Shown in pieces: positions 26,901-37,567 of a DNA stretch of 64,000 nt (positions within the stretch are counted from its first letter, which is position 1; every line of letters begins with the position of its first letter). The DNA comes from Lytechinus pictus (lineage: Eukaryota), in the NCBI RefSeq assembly GCF_037042905.1, contig NC_087251.1, forward strand, positions 14,448,001-14,512,000, written 5' to 3'. Both the position numbers and the translations under genes were made by a program. The notes under the pieces were generated by a model. The model searched no databases. It was not told the DNA's origin and worked only from the letters and a program-made list of their open reading frames with translations.

Positions 26901-29535
26901 AGTAAAAAAAGACATCACTGAACTGGTTGGATCATGCCGAGAGGACGCGCACTACTGCGTACGTGATGTACGACTAATATTAAAATCTTTGTGAAACACC
27001 CCCTGAAGAAACCCGTCTTTGTAGTCTAACCTGGCTTTAATAGGCTTTCAAGTGTGATACCCGTGCTTATGATGTAACCTGTCCTTATAGCTTAACCTCC
27101 TTTAAAGAGTTAGCTGCTTAAAAGAATAATCTTGCTTTCAGGTGTAAACTGGCTTTTAAAATGAATGCTGATCTTATCTGGGAGAGCTAGCAGTAAAAAA
27201 AGACATCACTGAACTGGTTGGATCATGCCGAGAGGACGCGAACTGCTGCGTACGTGATGTACGACTAATATTAAAATCTTTGTGAAACACCCCCTGAAGA
27301 AACCCGTCTTTGTAGTCTAACCTGGCTTTAATAGGCTTTCAAGTGTGATACCCGTGCTTATGATGTAACCTGTCCTTATAGCTTAACCTCCTTTAAAGAG
27401 TTTAGCTGCTTAAAAGAATAATATTGCTTTCAGGTGTAAACTGGCTTTTAAAATGAATGCTGATCTTATCTGGGAGAGCTAGCAGTAAAAAAAGACATCA
27501 CTGAACTGGTTGGATCATGCCGAGAGGACGCGCACTACTGCGTACGTGATGTACGACTAATATTAAAATCTTTGTGAAACACCCCCTGAAGAACCCCGTC
27601 TTTGTAGTCTAACCTGGCTTTAATAGGCTTTCAAGTGTGATACATGTGCTTATGATGTAACCTGTCCTTATAGCTTAACCTCCTTTAAAGAGTTAGCTGC
27701 TTAAAAGAATAATCTTGCTTTCAGGTGTAAACTGGCTTTTAAAATGAATGCTGATCTTATCTGGGAGAGCTAACAGTAAAAAAGACATTACTGAACTGGT
27801 TGGATCATGCCAAGAGGACGCGCACTACTGCGTACGTGATGTACAACTAATATTTAAATCTTTGTTAAACACCCCCTGAAGAAACCCGTCTTTGTAGTCT
27901 AACCTGGCTTTAATAGGCTTTCACGTTGATACCTGTGCTTATGATGTAACCTGTCCTTATAGCTTACCTCCTTTAAAGAGTTAGCTGCTTAAAAGAATTA
28001 TCTTGCTTTCAGGTGTAAACTGGCCTTTAAAATGAATACTGATCTTATCTGGGAGAGCTAGCAGTAAAAAAGACATCACTGAACTGGTTGGATCATGCCG
28101 AGAGGACGCGCACTACTGTGACGTGATGTACGACTAATACTTAAATCTTTGTGAAACACCCCCTGAAGAAACCCGTCTTTGTAGTCTAACCTGGCTTTAA
28201 TAGGCTTTCAAGTGTGATACATGTGCTTATGATGTAACCTGTCCTTATAGCTTAACCTCCTTTAAAGAGTTTAGCTGCTTAAAAGAATAATCTTGCTTTC
28301 AGGTGTAAACTGGCTTTTAAAATGAATGCTGATCTTATCTGGGAGAGCTAGCAGTAAAAAAGACATCACTGAACTGGTTGGATCATGCCAAGAGGACGCG
28401 CACTACTGCGTATGTGATGTACAACTAATATTTAAATCTTTGTTAAACACCCCCTGAAGAAACCCGTCTTTGTAGTCTAACCTGGCTTTAATAGGCTTTC
28501 ACGTGTGATACATGTGCTTATGATGTAACCTGTCCTTATATCTTAACCTTCTTTAAAGAGTTTAGCTGCTTAAAAGAATAATCTTGCTTTCAGGTGTAAA
28601 CTGGCTTTTAAAATGAATGCTGATCTTATCTGGGAGAGCTAGCAGTAAAAAAGACATCACTGAACTGGTTGGATCATGCCAAGAGGACGCGCACTACTGC
28701 GTACGTGATGTACAACTAATATTTAAATCTTTGTGAAACATCCCCTGAAGAAACCCGTCTTTGTAGTCTAACCTGGCTTTAATAGGCTTTCACGTTGATA
28801 CCTGTGCTTATGATGTAACCTGTCCTTATAGCTTAACCTCCTTTAAAGAGTTAGCTGCTTAAAAGAATTATCTTGCTTTCAGGTGTAAACTGGCCTTTAA
28901 AATGAATACTGATCTTATCTGGGAAAGCTAGCAGTAAAAAAGACATCACTGAACTGGTTGGATCATGCCGAGAGGACGCGCACTACTGTGACGTGATGTA
29001 CGACTAATACTTAAATCTTTGTGAAACACCCCCTGAAGAAACCCGTCTTTGTAGTCTAACCTGGCTTTAATAGGCTTTCACGTGTGATACATGTGCTTAT
29101 GATGTAACCTGTCCTTATAGCTTAACCTCCTTTAAAGAGTTTAGCTGCTTAAAAGAATAATCTTGCTTTCAGGTGTAAACTGGCTTTTAAAATGAATGCT
29201 GATCTTATCTGGGAGAGCTAGCAGTAAAAAAGACATCACTGAACTGGTTTGATCATGCCGAGAGGACGCGCACTACTGCGTACGTGATGTACGACTAATA
29301 CTTAAATCTTTGTGAAACATCCCCTGAAGAAACCTGTCCTTGTAGTCTAACCTGGCTTTAATTGGCTTTCAAGCTCATGGTGTAACCTGTCCTTATAGCT
29401 TAACCTGCTTAAACAGTAAGCTACATAAAAAAGGAACCTTGCTTTCAAGTGTAACCTAGCTTTTAAAATCGTATCCTAGCTTTTAAAATCGTAACCTAGC
29501 TTTTAAAAGCGTATCCTGATCTTATCTGGGCCTAG
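17950..29535. repeat. Satellite array, ~40 copies of a 290-292-bp unit
   Basis: aatctttgtgaaacaccccctgaagaaacccgtc at 17961, 18252, 18544 and onward; copies differ by only a few bases; last copy decays into a 20-bp sub-repeat (gta(a/t)cctagcttttaaaa) at ~29450-29515. Confidence 0.98.
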
Positions 29536-29564
29536 TAAAAATTGAATCATGCATTGCAACTCAC

Positions 29565-29688
29565 CATTACTCCAAATTAAAAGAGGGATTTCTTGTTCAA
29601 TGCTGCTAAAAAGCAGAGTGCTTGGACTTCTGCCTCCTTCCAGTCTGTCCTTCTTTCTTTATCTCTGCTCACAATCTGTATGATATAC
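29565..29688 (-). CDS. Candidate upstream exon of the integrase gene (5' UTR plus start ATG)
   Basis: Minus strand ...tactacag|...tttggagtaATG|gtgagt; the ATG joins in phase 0 to the acceptor at 17458; in-frame TAA just upstream. Confidence 0.55.
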
Positions 29689-30791
29689 CTGTAGTATAGG
29701 CAAAACCAAACTTTTATAGCTAACAGAATAAGAGTTTCATTTTTTGGGATAAACTACAACAGAACCCCCTTGTGAAAAAAAATCCTTTATATATTCGTTG
29801 ATATGGGTATTACTCAGTTTCATTGGCTCTATACAGAACTGTGTAAAAATAAATTGTGTCCATGTGCATCAAATGTCTTTTTCAAAGGCCACGATCGCAA
29901 TTTAATATACCTCAAAAATAACATTTTTGTATCCCTTACTAAATGTTTTCCAGATTCATCCACTGCGCAAATTTTTTGAGCGCATCACTCACTGACTCTT
30001 TACTTTTACTTTTTTGGGTGTGGACTTGTAAAAAAAGGTAAATTAACAATCAAAGGACCCTTATTTCAATTTTATCATTTTAACCACTCCATTCCCCCTA
30101 TTGTTTGTGTAATTTGATAAAGAGAGAAAGGAGGTCTGTATTGCTGTACCACATCATTCAATTCCCGAAGGTAGGCTTGTATACTTATCAGCATGATTTT
30201 TTTTAATCATTTATTTTATCTGCAAGGTATAATTAGGAAATAATTTTGCTGCCCCCAATTGGAAAACACACAGGTTTTCGTTGACAAAAAGGCTATTGGA
30301 TCAATTGGCAATTAGACGAAATGTTGATGAACAAAATGGATTAGAAAAAATGGCAGATCATGTGGTGGGTGGACGGGATGGCAGTAGATGATTTGGCACA
30401 ACTGCTAATTGTATGGTTTAAGTTACATGTAGATCCTATTTGTAAAGTATAATATTCCCAAGCAGTTCAAGCATGGTTGGGGTGGAGAACAATATTCATG
30501 CACCCCTTTCTTTAAATATGAAGATGAAAAATTCATAAATTACCCAACATTAAGAGTAAGTGCCCCCTGAAGAACCCCATCAAATCTTTCAGTGTAACAT
30601 GTTATTCAAGTTGAAACAAAGTTTAAGACATACAGCAAGGGTTGTTTGGAAGCAGATTCTTGATATGATGACTTTTGTGACTTAATGGATGAATAAACTG
30701 GAAGAATTAATGGGTTCTTTGGGATGTGGTCTTACTTTGATTTTAAACATCAATGAAAAACTGAGAGGAAATAAGTTTATCTTGCAATTAC

Positions 30792-33133
30792 CTAGTCTAG
30801 TCTTAAACTGGTAAAGGGAAAGGAGGCCGAGATCCGGTGATCAGATAAATGCCTGTAAAAACACAAAAACAAAATGTATCGGTGGTTCTAAAACACATAA
30901 CATACAAATAACAAATAAAAAACAAGACAAAAGAAACTAAGAATAAAAATATCAAGTAATAAAGGTGGAGTGACTCTGGTAGTCTCCCCTGCATCCACGA
31001 TTCAATATAGCACCAGAGCTGACTTTAAAAAAACAACTATAAATTCACTATTCACAAAAACACAATGTTCTTATCTTAATATACTACTACATTTATTAAC
31101 CCTTAATGACATTTGACCTTGATCTAGGAACCTACATGTACATGTTAGACTTGTGCAAGATGAGCAATGATACTAGATTACCCATATGTCCACATTGCAT
31201 TAACAATATCCATTAACTTTATGATGGCAATGAGCTATGATGGTAATTCAATAATTGCCCACAACATGGCCAAAATTTGACACTAAGTGACCTTTCACCT
31301 TATTAATGTGACCTGCAGAGCAGGTTCAGTGATAAATACCTGATTACTCTTATGACCAAGTTTCATGAACTACATCCTTTATCCATAGAGCTATCTCTGT
31401 AAGAGCTCCATGCTTTAACTATCAAAGTTATTATGGTAAATCAACAAAGAAATTGACCAATGTTCATTGACCATAGACCTTAGTCATGTGATCTGTATAT
31501 TGCACAGGATGTTCAGTGATACTTCTTTACTCTTATGTCAATTTTCATGCACCAGTTCCATAAACTTTCAAAGTTGTGGTGGAAAAAACAACTACCCCCA
31601 ACATGATTCAAGGTTCATTGACCTTGGTCATGAGACGTTAAACCATGCCTTTCTAATTGCTCTCTGCTGTACAGGCAAGATAGAAAGAAAAAATCAACAA
31701 GCCTCATAAAAGAAAGATTGGCATGTTGTCAATGATCACGGCAGTATTTTTGATTGAGAGTCACTTGCATTATCTGAGTTTAATTATTTCATAGTATATG
31801 AATTTAAATAATTATTCAAATTCATACACTATGAAATATATTAAACTCAAATACATAAAGAAAATGAAGCTCACAGATAATGTTCAAGAAGCCTGGCATG
31901 AATGGTCCTGTGAGTTTCAGGGCTGGAGCATCTCATCATTACTTTAGATGTTATAGATGAAAAACTTGAATAAAATAAGTTAATTTGGAACTTACCAACT
32001 TTAAGTCTCTACACTAGTCGCATAAAGTGAGGTGAGGTTGTGATTCTGCATTCTTGGAAGTACCTGAAAAAATTGAGTGTAGCAACCAAAACATAAAATA
32101 AGACAAAATATAATAAAACAATAACAACACACTTTTTTAAATAGTGCTTAATTCATCACAACGACATGTCTAAGCGCTTTACAGATATATTATTACCCAG
32201 GTCATCGAATTCAATTGGTAATTCCCGCACACAATGTGTGAACATCCTCCACTCCCATTGAGCAATTCAATGTAGCAGCAGTGCTAAACTTAGAAACTAC
32301 TAGAAAATAATTATTCACAAAAAAAAAACACTACCAGGTACATTCATTTGCCCGAAAAGATATTAGACCATGATCATGTGTAAGACCTAAGTCTTATCAG
32401 AGTTATTGGACCTTGGACCTGAGACCATGGCAAGAGAATCAGGTATACTTTTGTATGTGGAATAATATTAACAAACATAATTTCTTAATTTGAATATCAA
32501 TGTAATGAATTTGATTTACTATTGTTGTGTCAATTCTTAGCCAACACATAGAATAACATCTGTCGCCAGACATTGCAAAACAGTGCATAGATCTGACAGC
32601 TTCAAGTTTGTAATGTATACACACAATGCTTTTCTTTATAATAAACCAAGCAAACTTATTGTGAGCTTAATTAGTACAGTCCATCAGACCCTTGAAATAT
32701 ATATGGCGCAAGAGTGATTCTGTCTGTAGGGGCAAAAGGTTAATGCCTCAATACGCACAACTGCATGCGTACAGTAATAAATTCACCAGACTAAAACCAT
32801 AGATGGAATGACCAAGAATTACAGGCCACTGCCTTCTTCCTATACTAGATAATGATGATGATGAAGATGAACAGGAGCAAAAATAACACTTTTTTCAAAA
32901 TATGCAAATTCTGTGCTTTAATGACTCCATAACAAATCTTGCTATATCCCATGCTTGGATTAGACTTGATAATTTGTATATTGGAAGATTTGATAGGTTT
33001 TCAGGGGGATCTTACTTTAGATGTTATATATCAAAGAAAATAATTAATAAAATAAGTTATTATAGAACTTACCAATTTCAAGTCTCTACACTAGTCGCAT
33101 AAAGGGATGTTGTGATTGCAATCTTGCAAGTTC
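30792..33133 (-). other. Three candidate non-coding mini-exons (30792-30852, 31996-32063, 33073-33133)
   Basis: Each is bounded by a pyrimidine-rich ...cag acceptor and a gtaa donor on the minus strand; the last two share aagtctctacactagtcgcataaag. Confidence 0.55.
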
Positions 33134-33696
33134 CTGAAAATAAATGTGTGTGTGGACAACAAAACATAAAAATAAAATTTAAAAAAGGCGAGCGCATCTG
33201 GCAGTCTCACCTGCATTGCGCAATTCAATATAGCAGCAGTGCTGACTTTGAAAACTACTATAAATAGTTATTCACAAAAAACACCATTCAAATGATTCAA
33301 TACTACATTCATTGACAATAAATGACATTTTACCTTGATCATGTGACCTAAGACTTGTCAGTGATACTTGATTACCCCGATTTCTACGTATTATAAAGTA
33401 TATCTATTACCTTGGAAAGTTATGACAGCAATCTAACAATTACCTCCAACATGGCCCTCGCACATGCCATGTTTTGAAAAAACAGTGAATAATTAATCAA
33501 GTGTGAGGAACTCCATGTCGGCTGTAAATCACCAATTTTGAGGCTGATAGAAGCATGGAAAACAAGTGAAACTTTGTGTAAAGTAAGAATATTAAATTTG
33601 ATTGTTTTTAAAGATCATGATGTTGCATGAATTTTTTATTTTTCACCATAAAATTCCATCTTTGTCAATTGGAGTATCAGAACGAGTTCACGTTCG

Positions 33697-34084
33697 GGTA
33701 ACCCAGGGAGCTCCGGCCCACGAAGCGTGCCGCAACCCAGGAGTCCACCGTGCATTTAGACATAGACACAGGACAAGGGTAGATTGTGGTCATAATAACT
33801 TAGTAGAAAATTGTGTAAACAGAAATTATGCACTTACCACGATTATATGGATGAAGGTCTATCATGTGGCAGTATCCTGACATCGAGGCACAGACTGGAA
33901 CCTCGAAAAAAAAGAAAAGTTCTGTCCTTCTGCCCCAGTCTCGATCGGCCATTTTGTAATGAATTTTGAAAAAATTAGGAGGGGTATCGCAACAGAACTT
34001 TTCGCTTTTTTGAGGTTCCAGTCTACCCTAGTCCCATGTCTAAGTCTGGCTCAGGCCCGCTTCGCAGCCGGAGCTCCCTGGGTA
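33697..34084. repeat. Nested imperfect inverted repeat
   Basis: acccagggagctccggc (~33701) vs gccggagctccctgggt (~34067-34083); agactggaacctc.aaaaa...aaaagttctgt (~33892) vs acagaacttttt...tttttgaggttccagtct (~33992-34024). Confidence 0.8.
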
Positions 34085-34279
34085 AATGTTCGGGTAGGTG
34101 GAGCTTAGCAGTAGTGAAGTGGAGCCTGCACGAACATCACTTGAGGTAGAGGCACACCTACAGTTTTAAATTAAAACAGGTAGAGAGATACACGTACATC
34201 TTTAACTTAAAACCACTCACACATACTGTGAGGTTAATATTACTAACCTTGCATCGTGAACCACGTGCTGCAATCCCAC

Positions 34280-34513
34280 TTCTGGTGTCCACAAGCACAA
34301 CACACGACTTGTACTGCTTGATTTTTCTGTATGCAGCAGCATGTAATGAACCCTTGCGTGACTTAGTTAGAGTTAGATCTATACACAAATAATTATTATC
34401 TGAGAATAGATCAAACTCTAACTAAATCACGCAAGGGTTCATTACAATTTACATGCCGCCGCGCACAGAAAAATCAAGCAATAAAAGTCGTGTTGTGCTT
34501 GTGGACACGAGAA
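34280..34513. repeat. Imperfect palindrome, ~100-bp arms
   Basis: gtgtccacaagcacaacac / gtgttgtgcttgtggacac; tgtaatgaacccttgcgtga / tcacgcaagggttcattaca. Confidence 0.9.
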
Positions 34514-34669
34514 ATAATAGAACCAGAAGTGAATCAACTTGACAGTCAGCATGCATGTATTAAACAATGTTGAGGATAGAACTTGCAACCCAAACACCAT
34601 AACACAGTTAATCAATGGGCATGGCACAAGTGCAGTTTCGCACCGGTCGATTACCACTACCAGTACTAC

Positions 34670-35275
34670 CTCAGGCGATGTTCATGCAGGCTCCACTCCA
34701 ATTCACTACCGCTACACTACGCTACACCTACCCGAACATCGGGACAGTGAACCAATTCGGATATACCAAGTCACAAAAGGTGGGATCAAATGGTGGTTTA
34801 TTGTAAAAAATCTAGGAAAAATATGTAACGAGGGATATGAATGACTTAATATCTTACTCTACACCCATACAATATTTCACTCCGTGTCCATCCTCCAGTT
34901 ATACTCAAAATTGGTGATTTTGGGCCAGTATCTTTTTCCTCACAGTCGCTGATCGATCACGATCGCATGCAATTTTTTTAAATCGGCCGTGAATAATACG
35001 CGTGAGGAAAAAGATACTGGCCCAAAATCACCAATGTTGAGGATAACCGTAGGCGTAGGATGGACACGGAGTGAAATACGGTGTAGAGTAAGATATTAAG
35101 TCATTCATATCCCTCGTTACATATTTTTCCTAGATTTTTTACAATAAACCACCATTTGATCCCACCTTTTGTGACTCGGTATATCCGAATTGGTTCACTG
35201 TCCCGATGTTCGGGTAGGTGGAGCGTAGTGTAGCAGTAGTTAAGTGGAGTGGAGCCTGCACGAACATCACCTGAG
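34670..35275. repeat. Long palindrome, ~270-bp arms, ~60-bp spacer
   Basis: cctacccgaacatcgggacagtgaaccaattcggatatacc...gggccagtatctttttcctcac is mirrored by gtgaggaaaaagatactggccc...ggtatatccgaattggttcactgtcccgatgttcgggtagg. Confidence 0.95.
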
Positions 35276-35454
35276 TTATACCACTACCAGTACCAATACA
35301 ACTTACAAGCATACCTCACCACAACCATAACACTAACATGACTAACTGTTCACAAATGTCCTAGCAAGTCACATTTCAAGGTCAATATACCCACCGCTTT
35401 TCTAAATATCGCGATCAGGAAAGGCTAAATTTCAATATATTATGGCTTCGCTTG

Positions 35455-36086
35455 CATACCATAAGGGCACTAGTATTCAACCCGTTTGGAGAGTTTCCTC
35501 AAATTTATAGAATATATAGAATTTACCTGAATTTCAGACCCGTCTTATTTCCAAGAGCAAATGCTGGTTATTCTTTTTCCGTTATATTTTTCTTCAACCA
35601 GTTGACTGTGTGCGCGGGCGATCGAATTATACGGCGACGGATTTTGGTACTAGTATTCAACCCGTCGGCACTAATATTCAACCTAGCGATGAAAGATGGA
35701 CCTGTCTCTCGATCTGCTCTTGTCCCATCCGACTATGGACTAGACCATTTGAGATGAGACCAAACAGGGAATTAATCAAAGCCAGAGACTTACATAGATC
35801 TAGATCTAATTTAGCAATCTAAACCCTTTTGAGATTTGCTATCAATCCTCACTAGGTTGAATACTAGTAGGCCTACCATTCAGTGCAAAAGGCCATCGCC
35901 GCATAATTCGATCCTCCGCGCATACAGTCGACAGATTGACAAAGAAAATATCGACAACAGATTACCCTGGAATTAACAAAGGTATGGAATTAAGATAAAT
36001 TCCCTATTTCTAAATATTTTGGGGAATATGTCAAAATCTTTGAATTATGCCGGGTTGAATACTAGTAGGCTCTACCCATACGGTAT
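35455..36086. repeat. Diverged inverted repeat with reiterated (t/c)actagtattcaacc motif
   Basis: Motif forward at ~35470, 35648 and 35669 and reversed (ggttgaatactagta) at ~35855 and 36053; gactgtgtgcgcgg..gatcgaattat mirrored at ~35900-35929. Confidence 0.8.
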
Positions 36087-36665
36087 ATAGTCATGCAGAT
36101 CAGTCATGCATCTATGCCTATGGCTGCTTGGATTCGCCATGCATGCACCACAATGTTGATATGGACTGATGTTAGCGACCAAAACTTCAAAAAGACTCCC
36201 CTGCGGCATGCAAGCAGTTAATTTGCAGGATGTTCACATGATTTGGTTGCTAACTTCAGTCCACATATTACCCTAGTCCCGTGTCTATACTGCAGTGTGT
36301 CTATGGCCAAATACACGGTAAGCGCCCTGGGCTCCCGCCAGCGTAGCGGGCGGGAGCTCCCTGGGTTACCTGGGCCTAACTTAGAGCAGCCAAGACTGGC
36401 AAGAGTATTCAAGGCAATTACATACGAATAACGAATGGAATGCGGTAGACCATAGATTGTATAAATTCACGCGCCGAATTATATTACATAAACTGAAATT
36501 GTATTATTCTTTCTGTATTAATACTCACATGTTTTATGGAATATTGATGGTACCGTCGGGGAACAGTGTACTACTGAACTGAAGTGATTTTCTCGCACAA
36601 ACTCCGCATTCGGTGCGCGCGCGTACATTATAATTGCAATTAACACTTTATCGCGAACTTACCCG

Positions 36666-36708
36666 GCGAGTTACGCGTTAAGCTCAGGTCCTCTTTAAGA
36701 CCTTAACA
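36666..36708. repeat. Right terminal inverted repeat, 43 bp
   Basis: 43/43 reverse-complement match to 270-312; ends ACA. Confidence 0.95.
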
Positions 36709-37202
36709 TTCGTATTAGTGGATCGGTGAGATATATCTTGCTCATGAATTCCTTAAAACCTCAAAATGTCCCTTTATTCTGGTCTTAATATAAAAAAGAT
36801 TCAGCTAGCGCGTCGCGCTCGCATCATTTGGTTTGTGAAATACGTATGATCTTAATGAATTCCTACAAAAAAGGCCTTTGCGCTCGCAATATTTCATTAG
36901 AGAGATACGTATGTTATACGTACTATATGTTCATGATTACAGTGACTTCATGTTTTTAGGTGTAATTCTAACAAAACTCTGCACCCGCTTGGCGCTTGCA
37001 TTAGATGACTATGATGAGATATGTATGCTCTTCATGAATTCCAAAAAAATTAGTTCTTAAATGTCCCTTTTTTAGGTCTGAATATAATTTTTTTTTCAGC
37101 TCGCGCTTAATTCTCACTCGCGTTATTTGATCAGTGACATACATATCCTTTTAATGGCTCAGTCCTTAAATGTATTTATTAGGTCAGAATACATTGCGCG
37201 CC

Positions 37203-37360
37203 CACTATACTGTAAAAAATGAAGTGCTTGTATAGTGACTGCACTACGAGTGCTGATTTTGTAGTTCAAATTTAAACTAGAAAATCAGCACTCGAAGCGC
37301 AGTCACTATACAAGCACTGTAAGTGCTAAATTAGCACTTCATTTTTGCAGTGTATAAGTG
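37203..37360. mobile_element. Small palindromic MITE
   Basis: actgtaaaaaatgaagtgct / agcacttcatttttgcagt and agtgcttgtatagtgactgc / gcagtcactatacaagcact. Confidence 0.7.
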
Positions 37361-37567
37361 ACTCCAAAATTTTGCTGGTGCCCCCCCCCCCCCCATGCCG
37401 TGACCCACGATACGCCATTGGGGGCACATCCCCCATCAGGCTCACCCCTGTACGCGCACGGCACTATCGCGCCAAATTTAGCTGGTACACCCCCCCCCCA
37501 AAAAAAAAAAAATGCTTGTGGCTACGGCCCTCTATTGGTCAATACCATCGATATCCTAACTAGGTAT

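Larger units (their letters stand above)
270..36708 (-). mobile_element. Giant TIR DNA transposon (36,439 bp) carrying a Ginger/TDD-like integrase gene
   Basis: 270-312 (tgttaaggtcttaaagaggacctgagcttaacgcgtaactcgc) is the exact reverse complement of 36666-36708. TTCGTA immediately flanks both ends (264-269 and 36709-36714). An rve integrase gene lies inside. Confidence 0.85.

Noticed and set aside
17950..29535. CRISPR-like array
   Set aside because: Units are near-identical over their whole length; no unique spacers, no cas genes, eukaryotic context.
30664..30765. Box C/D snoRNA-like atgatga...ctga
   Set aside because: Antisense to the predicted host transcript, no convincing terminal stem, and such motifs are common in AT-rich DNA.
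270..36708. Polinton/Maverick or LTR retrotransposon assignment
   Set aside because: No protein-primed polymerase, ATPase, capsid, RT or RNase H ORFs; no LTRs; TIRs are short and start TGT; the integrase has introns.
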